From assembly GCA_023205875.1 (NCBI GenBank), contig CP060773.1:1-64000 (forward strand): a stretch of 64,000 bases of DNA. The letters run 5' to 3'. Within the stretch, counting starts at the first letter, position 1; each line of letters begins with the position of its first letter. Below are positions 44,699 through 57,349 of the stretch, in pieces. A program made the position numbers and the translations under genes. The DNA is from Chloropicon primus. Lineage: Eukaryota. The notes beneath the pieces were generated by a model. It searched no databases, was not told the DNA's origin, and saw only the letters and a list, made by a program, of their open reading frames with translations.

Positions 44699-46737
44699 AT
44701 GGCGAAGGGCAAGAGGATGAACGTCGTGTGGTTGACCTGTGTGGTGTGGTTGGCCCTCATGGCAGACCACTCGGCTCGAGGTGACCCGAGTCAGTGGCAG
44801 GTCATGATTGCTGACTTGCACTCCGATGTGGAAATGAAGGCAGCGGAACGATTGGCTCATGCGGTCGGAGAAGCGTGCGGAGTTGGACCGCTCCCTGTGG
44901 TCGGTCCTGGACCATCCCATGCACTGCAGAGGCCAACCTTTGCGGTGGGAACCATCACTTACCTCCTGCTCACAAGGACTCAGCCACCAAGCGTTGCTGC
45001 CGTTGGGGAGCAAGGGTACGCCATCAAGAGCAGCAGTGCCGGGATCAATGGCGATGTGGAAAACGGATCATCATGGATCGCTCTCGTCGGTGCGGACCCG
45101 AACGGTCCCGGAGCGTTGTACGCTGTCGAGGAGCTCCTTGAGGGGTGGGGGGCGAGGTACTACGCGCCTGATGTTGTCCGTGAGGCCTCCTGCCCCGGCA
45201 CGCTGCCCACGGGCCTTGACATTGTGAAGCGGGTGAAGTGGACGATGCGGTCCTCGTACAAGAAGGAGGTGATCGCAGATCCTGATTGGGCCGTGAAGCT
45301 GAGGCACAACTACCCTCCTCTCCCCAAGGAGTACGGGGGTGGGCCGCAGTACACCAAGCCGGGGATGGTGCACACCGCCGCCCAGCTCATCCCTCGAGCA
45401 AAGTACTACGATGCTCACCCGGAGTGGTTCTGGCCTCAGGGCACGCCCCCGGAAGGGAACCTCGGGCAGCTGTGTTGGCACCACCAGGACCTGATCGACG
45501 AGGTGACCCGGGTCGTGCTGGGCATCTTGGCCGATTCGCCCGAGGAGGCCACCATCATCAGCGTCTCGCAGAACGACAACCACTTGTACTGTCAGCAGCC
45601 GGAGGAGCTTACCATCAACGAGAAGGAGGGTTCACAGGTAAGTCCCAAGCCATGACAAAGGAATCGCTCTTGAAGATCGCCAAGTCTTGCCCTTGTTCCA
45701 AACCAAGCCCACCACACGCCCTGCCTGGTCCTTTTTGCTTGCTTGTTTCGTGCGGGGCACTGACCCAGAAGCTCTTTCTCTTCCTCTTCCTCCATCGCAT
45801 CGTCATCGTCGCCGTCCTCAAGATGGGCACTCTCCTTCGAGCGGTGAACGCGGTCGCAGACGCCGTGGCCAAGGAGTATCCCAAGATCCAGGTGGACACT
45901 TTGGCTTACGAGTTCACGCAGACGCCGCCCAAGATCACCGTGCCAGCACCAAACGTCGTGATCAGGCTGTGCAGCATCAAGGCGAACTTTGCGGAGCCGC
46001 TGACCGGGCCGTCGAACAAGGCGTTTGCCTCCGACATCGCCGAGTGGAGCAAGCTGGCGCCCGGCAGGCTGTACGTCTGGGATTACACCACGGACTTTTA
46101 CGGCTACGTCCAGCCTTTCCCGAACACGAGGGTCCTGGCCAAGAACATCCGCTTCTTTGACCAGATGGGAGTCGTCGGCCTGCTGGAGGAGGACGTCTAC
46201 AACACAATTGGAGGCGATTTCGGCGAGCTCCGGGCTTGGCTCTTGGGCCAACTGATGTGGGAGCCCTCCCGCACCGACGAGGAGGCCCTCATCACGGAGT
46301 TCCTGACCGCGTACTACGGGGAAGCGGCCGTGGACTCGGTCCAGGATTACATGGACATCTACGAGAGGAGCGCGCAGGACACCCAGGCCTACGTCAAGTT
46401 CTCGTCTAATTGGACGTCGCCCTACCTGACCCCTGCCGCGGTGTTCGAGGGCGCCGTGAAGCTTCAGGGGGCCTACGAGGCGCCGGGCCTCAGCAACGCC
46501 CAGCGCGGGCGGGTCCAGCGCCTCCAGTTGGGCCCGCTGTACGTCTACCTGCTGCGTGAGGAGGAGATGAGGAGGGCCGTGCCCGCCAAGTGGCCGTACC
46601 CAGAGAAGGTCAGCGATGCCTTCGACTTGTTCTCGGGCTGGTACAACGCCAGTGGCATGGCGATGCTCAACGAGAACGGAGACGGGCTCCCTTGGCTGAA
46701 AACCTGCATGCTCAATCAGACCGCTTGCGCCGTGTGA
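44699..46737 (+). CDS. DUF4838-like secreted protein (bacterial glycoside-hydrolase-like); intron 45638-45822
   Basis: LYAVEELLE.WG.RYYAP, HPEWF, QLC, SQNDN, TLAY..T..PP, LYVWDY...QPFPN, L.WEP. Confidence 0.65.
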
Positions 46738-47435
46738 CACGGAAAAGAAAAGAAAAGAAAAAGAGGTGGCCAATGCCCTCGAGGTTTTTTTTTGTTGTTG
46801 TTATATTATAGGAATATGATACATGCATTGTCGTTGTTCCATGGGGACAGAGGGGGGGAGGTCAAAGTTCTACTGTACATGCTTGGGAGCTGCCGCACTC
46901 CCCCCCTCCCCGTCCTCTTGTGATTGCAGGCTCCTGCCCCCACTGCGCGTCACGTTGTTCTAAAAGAAGAATGGAATGGAACAGAACACGCACGTGTTCC
47001 TCGTTTCACAGCTGGACTGGACGGCAGGACAAGTGTTCTTGGTCCCCCCCTCTGTGTTCTATTTTTAGAACGCCCCCCCACGTGATAATTTTTTCTGGCT
47101 TGAGATTTGACACCATTGTATGATCTGGATAAGTTCTGGATAAGTTCTTACAGATTTGGATAAGATCTTATCGAGATCTATAATTTAGAGGGGGAAGATG
47201 ATCTGCAGAGTATTTTGTTTGGGAGGAGGAAAGAGGATCGATGGTGACCCTTGAGCTGCTCGAGGACGTGAGGAGTGTCGCCAAGCATCCAAAGCGCCAA
47301 ACGATTTCCTCTCTTTGGACTTTGGAAAAGCTTTAACACACACCAAGGCGAAACGTACTAAGGGTCGTACAAGATCCTCGCATTGGAGTCGGGTAGGGGT
47401 CGAGGACGTGGCAAGGTTGCAACTTTTTCCAAAGG

Positions 47436-48953
47436 ATGGTATCAGTCGCAAAGGAAAGTCGCTTGGTAGGGGTTTCGTTGGAGAAGCCAGTGAGACCCTT
47501 AGCAGAGGCGAACGTCCACGGACCACATTCGACGCATTGGGCCCAACGAAGTTCCTTGGTGAGGATAGATTGCCTCGTGAAGAACAAGGCTTTGTGCCAC
47601 GAGAACCTTTTGCTTCCGCTTGCTTACCCAGGGACAAGGGAGGGAGTCCAGCAGAAAGCTCGCGGCAACCGAAGTGGCCTCAAGAGCTTTTATAAGCAGA
47701 AGAAGCTGACCCTCGTGACAAGAGTGAAGCGGGAGTCCATTGACATTGACGAGCCCCAAGTGAAAGTCGAGCAGAGCACGAGGACCATGACCCACTACCC
47801 GTTGACGAGCGGAGGCACTCACCACATGGACTGCTTCAAGCAAGTGAAGGACATCTCCTTCGACGCCATCACCGGCTTTGGCCCTGATGCTGCACGCGCG
47901 GCGACGGATCCGGTCGTCCCCCACTGCTTCAAGCAGAGCTACGGTCGAGGCAGAGGCTTGGGCGTTGTTCCGCCGATCGAGATGAAGGTGACCGGGGGCA
48001 TGGCGGAGGGCCAGGGGAGCCCGCTTTACACGCACTCCCAAGGCAGCGACCACTCCGCTGGCAGCTTCGCGTATTGGGACAAGGTCATCGAGAGGTACCC
48101 CCCGGTTCCGCTCGGCATGCACGTCAGCACCGGCGCCGGGACGATGGACGTCCAGGTGAAGAGGGACATTGGTGTGGCGGATGGCTACAAGGCCAAGCCC
48201 GACGCCTTTGATGCCATTCCCGACATGGGAACCCTTGACTTCCTTCTCAGTGATGACGGCGACAGCTCCCTGCTCAACCTGAACAGCCCGCGGTTCAACG
48301 AGGCCCTCGAGGCCGCCGGGCACTGCGAGCACGGGGAGGGGAATTGCGCCATGGCGTGCGACGGGAGTGACTCGTGCATCCTGGACCAGGAGGGCATGGA
48401 TCTCAGCGACCCCCACCTCGCGTCTGATTTGAGGGAGGAGCAGATGAAGGCCCTGGAGTGGCTGTTCAGCGGCAAGAGCTGCGATTGCACCCCCCAGAGC
48501 TTGCAGGAGAAAGTGAGGGGAAAGGTCATCAAGGACCTCCCTTGCTGCAAGTGCTTGATGAAGATCTTCATGACGGTCCTGGACGCCAAGAAAGCTTCCA
48601 AGGAGTGCGGCATGTCGCCCACGACCTTCAAGAAGCGTCTGAGGAAGATCGGGATCAAGACCTACCCCAGCCGAAAGATCCGGTGTCTGTTCAAGTGCAT
48701 CCAGAGCAAGAACTTGGCCTTGACGACCGCGAGCGACGACCTGCAGAAGGGCAGGATTCACGATGACCTCGCAAAGTGCAGGGAGGAGCTCAGGATGTTC
48801 AAGGAGAAGTTGGAGCAGGTGCTGGCGTGCAAAGATAATCCAAAGGCGCAGGCGGCGAACCTCACCCTGTGCTTCAGCGGGAGGTTCAAGAGAATCAGGA
48901 ATCGCATTCACAAGACGAACTATAAGAAAAAGAGGGGCCTCGGCGCGGCGTGA
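47436..48953 (+). CDS. RWP-RK-domain transcription factor, divergent (start may be 47787)
   Basis: AKKASKECGMSPTTFKKRLRKIGIKTYPSRKI; C-terminal FKRIRNRIHKTNYKKKR as in RKD-type proteins. Confidence 0.7.
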   Translation: MVSVAKESRLVGVSLEKPVRPLAEANVHGPHSTHWAQRSSLVRIDCLVKNKALCHENLLLPLAYPGTREGVQQKARGNRSGLKSFYKQKKLTLVTRVKRESIDIDEPQVKVEQSTRTMTHYPLTSGGTHHMDCFKQVKDISFDAITGFGPDAARAATDPVVPHCFKQSYGRGRGLGVVPPIEMKVTGGMAEGQGSPLYTHSQGSDHSAGSFAYWDKVIERYPPVPLGMHVSTGAGTMDVQVKRDIGVADGYKAKPDAFDAIPDMGTLDFLLSDDGDSSLLNLNSPRFNEALEAAGHCEHGEGNCAMACDGSDSCILDQEGMDLSDPHLASDLREEQMKALEWLFSGKSCDCTPQSLQEKVRGKVIKDLPCCKCLMKIFMTVLDAKKASKECGMSPTTFKKRLRKIGIKTYPSRKIRCLFKCIQSKNLALTTASDDLQKGRIHDDLAKCREELRMFKEKLEQVLACKDNPKAQAANLTLCFSGRFKRIRNRIHKTNYKKKRGLGAA

Positions 48954-49227
48954 CTCCGCCACCACATCCTTCAAGAGCACTGCCCGCCCCTTGGCGAGAA
49001 AAGCAAAGCAAAACGAATCAGGTGAGGTCAGCAAGCCAGCAGAGTAGAATAAAAGAAGTTGATAAGGTATATATATTAATCCAAGGATGGCTACTCCTAC
49101 CGCATCCATTGGTGCCTCCCGATGCTCCCTAAGCCTCGGCCTGTCCTTCATCCCCCATGGATGAAAGAAAAGTGGCATTGCATTGCATTGCATTGGCCTT
49201 CTCGTCCTCGTCCTCGTCCTCGTCCAC

Positions 49228-49545
49228 CATCACCCATGAATCATTCATTTATGATGAATGGCACAAAGCTAAGAACAATGACACAGAAACCCAGTGACAC
49301 AGAGAACCAATCCCTCCCTCCACCACCTCCACCATCTCCTCCCTCTACCATCTCCTCCACCATCACCCATGAATCATTCATTAATGATGAATGACACAAA
49401 GCCAAGAACAATGACACAGAGAACCAATGAACCGATGAACCAATCTCTCCCTCCACCATCTCCTCCCTCCTCCCTCCACCATCACCTCCCTCCACCACCT
49501 CCACCATCTCCCTCCTCCCTCTACCATCTCCTCCCTCCCTCCCTC
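49228..49545 (+). repeat. Imperfect tandem duplication (~130 bp) with a CCT/CCA-rich low-complexity tail
   Basis: CATCACCCATGAATCATTCATT...ACAAAGC.AAGAACAATGACACAGA occurs twice. Confidence 0.75.
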
Positions 49546-49649
49546 AATCCTATCCAAAAAAATCTTCCCCTGCCACATCACCTCCTCCTCCTCCGGTTTC
49601 CCTTTGCTCGCTCGGTTGTTTCGCTCCCTTGACGAGAGCATCGCGCACG

Positions 49650-50627
49650 ATGGAGGGGACGGCATGGAGGGCGAGACCACCGTGCATCACTCGCGGAGGA
49701 AACAAACATACCGTCATCCTCGGCTCCAAACAAACAAACACAATGAGAATAACCTTGAGGATGAGGATGAGGATGAACCAACACCATCACCAACACCAAC
49801 ACCATCATGAAAGAAGACGTCGCTGTCTCACAACCAGGGCGGGACACGGCCTCCCTCAGGACACTCCCATGCCGCGAAGGGGAGGATCATGGTAAGTGAC
49901 GGAGATGCCGGAAAGAGACGTCCCTACCGATGCTGTTTCTCTTTCTCTTTCTCTTTCTCTTTGTCTCATCACCATAATCTTCGTCTTGTGTTTGCAGGAA
50001 GCCGAAGAAGAGGAGAGGGGAGGACAAGAACGATCCGGAGCATGTGGAGAAGGTCGTCATCCCCGTGGCGAAGAAGCCGATCACCAAGTCTTACATTGTG
50101 CAGACAGTGCTTGGTGCCTTCGCCGGCGTCGCCGGGTTGGCCTTCCTGGTGCTGCCCGAGTCAGTGGCCTCGGAGGTCTTTGGACTTGGGGACATCTCTT
50201 TCATGACGAGGCCGATGGTGCAGATGATTGGCGCTTTGCTCGGATTCAAGGCCACCCTCTTTCTCGTTCTCAGGGAGCTCTCGTACAGTTACTCCTCCAC
50301 TAAGATTGGTGAGTCTTCGTTGTCTAACGCTACTCCTTTTCCTCGAGAAAGTTTGCCCGCCATGGAGGTGGACGAGGTTATCTCGTTCCCTCCCTCGGGG
50401 GTGATGGGTGGCATCCTCTCGGTTCGGTGCTGACACTCTGGCTTGGGGTTTCATTTCATTTTCATGCAGGGTATCTCGGGGTCTGCGCCAGCAGCCTGGT
50501 GGCTCTCAAAGCTCTCGCTTCCACGTCCCAACTTTGTGTGGGTTCGGGGACGTTCGTAGCGATGGCAATCTTCTCCCTCGCCACCGGCCTCGTCCAGCTG
50601 AAAAAGATCCAGCAGTTCAAAAAGTAA
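49650..50627 (+). CDS. Small multi-TM protein of unknown function; introns 49892-49997 and 50309-50469; start uncertain
   Basis: GT-AG splicing joins three ORF pieces in frame; about four hydrophobic helices. Confidence 0.55.
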
Positions 50628-50987
50628 CAGAGCGACAACGACGGCGGCAACGCCAACGCCAACGGCATCGGTCTCTGTCTGTGTCTGTGTCTGTGTGTGC
50701 GAGAGAGAGAGAAAGAGAGAGAGGGAGGAAGAGGAAGAGGAAGGAAGAGGATGTCAATGGGCACAAGTCAATTCAGTAAACGCGATTGATGTATGAACCT
50801 TTTTTTTTCTTTTTGACAAGGAAGACCCTTGTCCTCCACAACACAACTGCCGAGGACCAGAGAGAAGGTGCAAAGAGCAAGAGAGAGAGAGCAAGAGCAA
50901 GAGAGAGCAGAGAGAGAGAGAGAGGAGAGAGAGAGAGAAAGGACGCAAAGAGGAGGAGAAGGGAAGGTGATGGATGCAGGAACCTTT

Positions 50988-51500
50988 TCAAGAACACGGG
51001 CCTGTCCTGGTGGTGGTTTATGGTACACTCATCACACACCTTGTACACTGATGTATGACCCCACTCTTTCCTAACGTGTCGGTCCCCCCGTGTAGAAATG
51101 CGGTCTTGGTCTCCAATGGGTGGCACGGCGAGGAAACTGGGCCACGAAACTGGATAAGACGAAGGGAGAAAAAGCGGCTCCCGTTCCAGCCGCACAAACC
51201 CAACACAAAACGAGGTGAGTTCCTTGCCAAAATACGCAACGAGGACGACGGAGGAGACGAAAACGAAACACGTCATCCGAAAACACATCTCTCGACCTTT
51301 CCATTGACCCGTCGGTCGGTCGCTTTCGTCCACGAGATGCCTCGACACTGACGCGATGAAGTGGTTTGTTCTCCTCCCATCCCATCCCATCCCAACCCAT
51401 CCCAACCCATCCCAAGGTGTTCGTGCAGTGGCGATGGCGATGGCGCACCGAGTTGTGGCGAGGAGCAAAGCATCGACGCACCGTCATGCGGCGGTGGCGA
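50988..51500 (+). repeat. 513-bp duplicated segment, copy 1 (upstream region plus start of transit peptide)
   Basis: Appears identical to 56837-57349 (offset 5849). Confidence 0.95.
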
Positions 51501-52283
51501 AGTCGTGCGTCGTGAGGCCCAAGGGGACGGGCGTTACGACGAGGCCGGCGAGAGGATTGGACTTTGCTTGCAGGGCGACAGTGGCGGGTGGTGAGGTGAA
51601 GTGGGTCGGGAACAGACGCAAGCTCGACTTGAATCGGAAGTATTACCCGAAGAAGGAGGACGTCGACACCCAGAAGAAGGTCTGGTACATTGTCGATGCG
51701 GAAGGGAAGACCCTTGGAAGGTTAGCGGTACGTTGCTCTGCTATGGTGTTGGAACCAAACCAAACATAGTTGCACCGTGGGTTGCTGACTTGTCGCTTTC
51801 TTTCTTTCTTTGCTTGCCACATCTCTCTCTCTTGATGCTCGTGATGCTCGTGATGCTCTTGGTGCTTCCTTTTAGACGATGGTGTCGATGTACCTTCGTG
51901 GGAAGCACCTTCCGACGTTCTCGCCGAGCATGGACACAGGCGGGTACGTCGTCGTTATCAACGCGGACAAGGTGGCCGTCAGCGGGAAGAAGGAAACGGA
52001 TAAGATGTACTACTACCACCGCGTTCACAGGCCAGGGACCATGAAGACTGAGACTCTTTCGGAGCTTAGGCAGAGGGTTCCGGAGAGGATTGTGGAGAGG
52101 GCCGTGAAGGGAATGCTTCCCAAAGGAAGGCTGGGCAACACGCTCTTCACTCACTTGAAGGTGTACGCTGGTCCGGAGCACCCTCACGAGGCCCAGAAGC
52201 CCGTGGACATCACTAGCCTGATCGACAAGAAGCCTAAGGAGGCGGACCTCGCGGCGGTGAGGGCGGCGGTGGGCTTGGAGTAA
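51434..52283 (+). CDS. rpl13: Plastid ribosomal protein L13; intron 51728-51875
   Basis: WYIVDAEGKTLGRLA, LRGKH.PTFSPSMDTG, AVKGMLPKG.LG, KVYAG.EHPHEAQKP; transit peptide. Confidence 0.93.
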
Positions 52284-52481
52284 ACATATCGAGCAACAAA
52301 CAAACAAACTTGAAAGGGAAGAAAGAAGGAAGGAGAAGAATAGAATGGTTGTTGTTGTAATTTGAGCATTCCTATTTTGATACACACGAAAGAAGATACA
52401 TACGTTGCCAGCCTGGTGGTTCCCTGCCTCGCTTTGGGCGTTCTTTTTATTGCTAATTTACAGTCGTCCACCGAGTGCTGT

Positions 52482-53873
52482 CTAATAAATGTCGTAGAAC
52501 TCGTCGTCTCTCTTGATGTTTCTGTCCATCGCGTACTGTCCCAGCCGCTCGTCCGGGTTCTCGTCCTCATCAAGATCCCCGTTCAGCTCCGGGATGTAGT
52601 TCTCCGGCGGGACCTCGCTCATCTGCACGCCTGGGGCGTGCTCTATGGACCTCAAGTTCTCGATGACTTCCCGCTTTATCTGCTCGATGTAACTCCTCGT
52701 GTTCATGTTCTCGATCACCTGGTGGGGCCTCGTCTTCAGCGTGTACTGGGGGCTGTAGTACTCGTAGTAATCATTGTCCGGCAAGTTGTTGTCCAGCTTC
52801 GTGTCGAGGAGGACGGCCGTCTCGTAAGCCCAGCACCTCGCCACGTTGTTCTTCGTGTACCCGCCCCCTCCCGTGACCAGCATGGGAACCTTGAACTGCT
52901 TCATGAACCTGACGCACTCCGCGTGGCCGTCGAGGGACAGGCTGAAGCAACCGAGCCTGTCGTTGCCGAGGGAGTCCGCCCCGCACTGCAAAACGATCGC
53001 TCCCGGCCTGTAGTTCTCCATGACTTTCCTCATCACGGGTTGGAATATTCTCTGAAAGGTCACGTCGTCGATTCCATCCCTCAAGGGCACGTTCACCGAG
53101 CAGTACTTTCCTTTCTTCTCCCCGATGTCCTTGACATCTCCCGTTCCAGGAAAGAAATAATCCCCGTACTTGTGGAAGGACACCGTCATCACCCGGTCCG
53201 TCAAGTAGAACGCTTCTTCCACGCCGTCGCCGTGGTGCACATCAATATCCAAGTAAAGGACCCTCGGGTGGTACTTGAGCAGCCCCAAGATCGCGAGGAC
53301 CAAGTCATTGATGTAGCAGAAGCCACTCGCTTCCCTCTTCTTCGCGTGGTGAAGCCCCCCCGCCCAGTTGATAGCTATATCACTCAAGCCGTGGTTCAGC
53401 CTCGTCGCTCCGTCTATCGAGCCCCCCGTATACACCTGCTCAAAGCAAACCACAGAGAGACAGAGAGACAAGCAGAGAGAGTCAGCATCGGGCAGACAAG
53501 CAGACAGACAGAAAGTGAAGCAGGCTGAGGACAAACTCAAGCTTACCTGACAAAAGTTGAAGAGCCCTTCGAATATCGGACAGTCCTCCCCGAGGTTGTA
53601 TCTCTGAAGCTGCTGCAAGTTCTCGCTCACATGCTCCGGGGTGACACGAGCCAAGAAGTCCACGTAATCCTCGGAATGAAACTGAGCAAGCTCCACGGGA
53701 TGAGCTTTCCTTGGCCTGTACAATTCCATCTGCTTGTGCAAGTCATACCCCATCACCAAGTGGTGTGTCATGCAAAGTCTGTGCGGCTTCATGGGATGGT
53801 TCGGTCCATAATACACGGAACCAACCTCGGAATCGTAAAAGTAACTTATCCGGTCTTTCGATTGCTTCGGCAT
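52482..53873 (-). CDS. HDA9: Class I histone deacetylase (HDA9/HDAC3-like); intron 53436-53546
   Basis: [48 protein letters not shown]. Confidence 0.92.
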   Translation of the reverse strand: MPKQSKDRISYFYDSEVGSVYYGPNHPMKPHRLCMTHHLVMGYDLHKQMELYRPRKAHPVELAQFHSEDYVDFLARVTPEHVSENLQQLQRYNLGEDCPIFEGLFNFCQVSLSLSSACFTFCLSACLPDADSLCLSLCLSVVCFEQVYTGGSIDGATRLNHGLSDIAINWAGGLHHAKKREASGFCYINDLVLAILGLLKYHPRVLYLDIDVHHGDGVEEAFYLTDRVMTVSFHKYGDYFFPGTGDVKDIGEKKGKYCSVNVPLRDGIDDVTFQRIFQPVMRKVMENYRPGAIVLQCGADSLGNDRLGCFSLSLDGHAECVRFMKQFKVPMLVTGGGGYTKNNVARCWAYETAVLLDTKLDNNLPDNDYYEYYSPQYTLKTRPHQVIENMNTRSYIEQIKREVIENLRSIEHAPGVQMSEVPPENYIPELNGDLDEDENPDERLGQYAMDRNIKRDDEFYDIY

Positions 53874-54543
53874 CGTGGCCTCTCTCTCTCTCTCTCTCTC
53901 TCTCTCACGCACACACACACTCTTCGACGCAAGGCTTGGCTCTCCTCCCTTGCTCCTCTCTCTCTCTCTCCCTCTCTCTCTCTGTCGAGGCAAGCGGCGA
54001 GTTGCCGTGCGCCAAATGAGGCGAGTGAGTGGTCAATGGAAAGAGCAAAAGTCGTAGCGTCGTTCTGTATCCTTCGTTGGAGGTTTTTCTTCCCTCAACG
54101 CGCCGTCAATCGCTCTCGCCTCGCCGCTCCACCCAATGGAGGCGCCAAACCTCTTCGCTCTTCTCCATGAAAGTCACTCCATGAAAGTCACGGAGAGAGA
54201 GAGAGAGAGAGAGGATGAGGATGAGGATGGTGGATGATGAAGGGAGGAGAGGGGGACCAGGAGGGATGCACTGTCCTGCAATCTCTTTCTCTTTGTCTAA
54301 CTCTCTGTCTCTCTGTCCGATTCAATGGGTCAATTGGGGGTGAGATGCTGCTGCAGGGTTCACCTCGATGAGAGAGAGAGAGAGAGGATGGATGGTGGAT
54401 GATGATGGTGGAGGGAGGGAGGGACCTAGGAGGATAAAGAATATTACACCGGGACCAGTCTCAACACAACGACTTGATCCTGGTCCTTTCCGAGGACTTG
54501 TTGGCCTCATCCAATCCTTGCTCGTTGTCGTGTACCGGTACAG

Positions 54544-55629
54544 TTACTTGTGCTTCTTGCTTCCCCCCTGGTTGCCGTCGTCCGTGCGCAAGAAGTAGTG
54601 CTCGAGGATGGTGGCCGTGGCGGCGAGGACCTGCTTGTGGGCGGAGTCCATGGTGTGGAAGGCTATGGCCACGTCCTTGTCCAAGACATGCTTCTCGTAA
54701 AGGATCTGAATCGGGACTTCGTTTCCGAGGATGGTCATGTTGGCCAGCTTCACGAAGGAAACCAGACTCCTGATGGCGTGGCTGAGCTCCTCGCCGATGT
54801 CCTCCGGAGAAAGGTCCTGGAGGCTTGCCTGGTCGTAGTCCAAGAGCTTGAGCAATCCCTGTGACGATTCCTTGCAAGCCATCACGTCATCGGCCAGCTG
54901 TTGGCTCAAGCTCTTCTCCTGGGTCTCTTTCATGGCAGCGGCCCTCGCGGCGGCCTCGTGCGCTTCTCTCTGCCTCCCTTCCAAAACCTTCTGAAGCACG
55001 ATCACGATGATGCCCACCGTTGCCAGCACGATGATCGCAAGGCAGAACTTACCGAGGTAGTCCGAAGTTTGCATGTCCACGAGGTCTGGCCTGTCCATAG
55101 CGATGTAGGAAATCCCGGAGAGCGTGCCGACAGTCATAAAGTACGCGCAGCATGCCAACGATATCTCTTTGAAGTATCCGTCCAGGAACTTGCTCGAGAG
55201 CAAAGCTGAGCGAGTCCATGTCCATGTCCATCCAATCCATTCCATGGAAGGAGAGTGATTCCAGGACAGAGTCAGTCCTTGACATCCTTGGGACAAAAAA
55301 AAACTTTTCTCTTTTGCTCTGTGGCATTGGAGCTTTGGACTTCACTTACCTGAGATGACCATGGCTATGTCTCCAATGTAAACCCACTTGATTCTACGAT
55401 CACTCAGGACACCGGTGACGGCCTTAAATTGCTTGGTGATGAACTCCTTGATGAGTGCCCTCGTGCTGCGGCTTCCATTGAGGTTGGAAGATGTGAACGC
55501 GAACCCATCCCCTTTCTGTCTCTCAGAGTCGTACAACTTGGGTTGCTGTTGACCTTGGCAGACCTGGACCAGCAAGAGACAGACCAAGGTGGCCGCACAC
55601 ATCCATGTTACAACCTTAGCCCTTGCCAT
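54544..55629 (-). CDS. Unknown protein with signal peptide and several TM helices; intron 55206-55349
   Basis: Two ORFs joined in frame by a GT-AG intron; hydrophobic segments. Confidence 0.55.
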
Positions 55630-55823
55630 GATCCCTTGCTTTCCTGAAAAATTCTCTTGCTCCACTTGCTCTCCACAACAGAAGGGAAAGTCCAGCAGCC
55701 TTCTCACACCACCTTGGGGTCAAGACCACAGTGACCTTGGCTTGGGACAGTGACCTCGGTGCCTTGCTGCTCCGTCAAGAGGGAAGGGAACACAATCCAA
55801 TGAGAATGCAATCCACAACTCAA

Positions 55824-56400
55824 TGGTGCGGAGGAAAAGATTGCTTGCTCTCTCTCTGTGTGTCTCTCTCTCTCTGTGTCTCTGTCTCCTGTACCTTGGT
55901 TGGCTTTGGGTGTGTGTTTGTCCCAAGGTTTGGTTTGATGTGGAACCTGGTTGTCATTGGAGGGGAGGAGTGAACTCACTGAGAGAACAATAACGAGGAG
56001 GAGGAGGAGGAGGAGGACATCGACACCAGGAGACAGACAGACAGAGACAGACAGAGAGAGAGGACAGGATGCAAGCAAGCAAGCAATCTTTTCCTCCGCA
56101 CCAATGACAACCAGGTTCCACATCAAATCAAACCTTGGGACAAAACAAAAACACACACAAAGCCAACCAAGGTTTGGTTTGAGGAGGAGGACACCGACAC
56201 CAGGAGGCAGACAGATAGACAGAGAGAGAGGGAGGACAGGATGCAAGCAAGCAAGCAATCTTTTCCTCCGCACCAATGACAACCAGGTTCCACATCAAAT
56301 CAAACCTTGGGACAAAACAAAAACACACACAAAGCCAACCAAGGTTTGGTTTGAGGAGGAGGACACCGACACCAGGAGGCAGAGAGAGAGAGGACAGGGA
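55824..56400. repeat. Two direct ~178-bp copies (~56005-56400) plus an inverted, rearranged copy (~55824-55960)
   Basis: CCAATGACAACCAGGTTCCACATCAAA..AAACCTTGGGACAAA occurs twice on + and once as reverse complement. Confidence 0.85.
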
Positions 56401-56836
56401 GGCCGAGGGACGTGACAGGGAATGAATGAATGGATGGGTGGATGGATGGATTGTCTCTTGTCAATCGTCGTTGTTGCTCCTTTGATCCTTTCATGGAAGG
56501 AGGAGCGAACTCACTGGGAAAACAGAAGCAGCTGAAGGAAGCTTCTTGGGAAAAGGAGAAGGGATGCCATTCGGGGAAAGGGAGAAGGACTTCTCCGATC
56601 CGAGTGACGCCTCCTCAATGCATCTCAGCTCCCTCCCCTGCGCTCCTCCTCGTTGGACAACAATGTCACTTGGAGGACAAGGCAGGCCTTCCCCCTCGCC
56701 CCGCCAATCACCGCAGGTCCGGGGTCCCCACCGACGCAATCGGCGCAAGTGATGGCGCAATGAGAAGCCCGTGAGACGATCTTTCGTCCTGCGCCACTCC
56801 AGTCCCACCTTGCGCGACGCACTGGCGCCATGGCGC

Positions 56837-57349
56837 TCAAGAACACGGGCCTGTCCTGGTGGTGGTTTATGGTACACTCATCACACACCTTGTACACTGA
56901 TGTATGACCCCACTCTTTCCTAACGTGTCGGTCCCCCCGTGTAGAAATGCGGTCTTGGTCTCCAATGGGTGGCACGGCGAGGAAACTGGGCCACGAAACT
57001 GGATAAGACGAAGGGAGAAAAAGCGGCTCCCGTTCCAGCCGCACAAACCCAACACAAAACGAGGTGAGTTCCTTGCCAAAATACGCAACGAGGACGACGG
57101 AGGAGACGAAAACGAAACACGTCATCCGAAAACACATCTCTCGACCTTTCCATTGACCCGTCGGTCGGTCGCTTTCGTCCACGAGATGCCTCGACACTGA
57201 CGCGATGAAGTGGTTTGTTCTCCTCCCATCCCATCCCATCCCAACCCATCCCAACCCATCCCAAGGTGTTCGTGCAGTGGCGATGGCGATGGCGCACCGA
57301 GTTGTGGCGAGGAGCAAAGCATCGACGCACCGTCATGCGGCGGTGGCGA
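56837..57349 (+). repeat. 513-bp duplicated segment, copy 2
   Basis: Appears identical to 50988-51500. Confidence 0.95.

Noticed and set aside
50988..57349. The 513-bp direct repeats as LTRs of a retrotransposon
   Set aside because: The interior holds host genes (rpl13, HDA9), with no gag/pol or TG..CA ends, and the repeat includes coding starts
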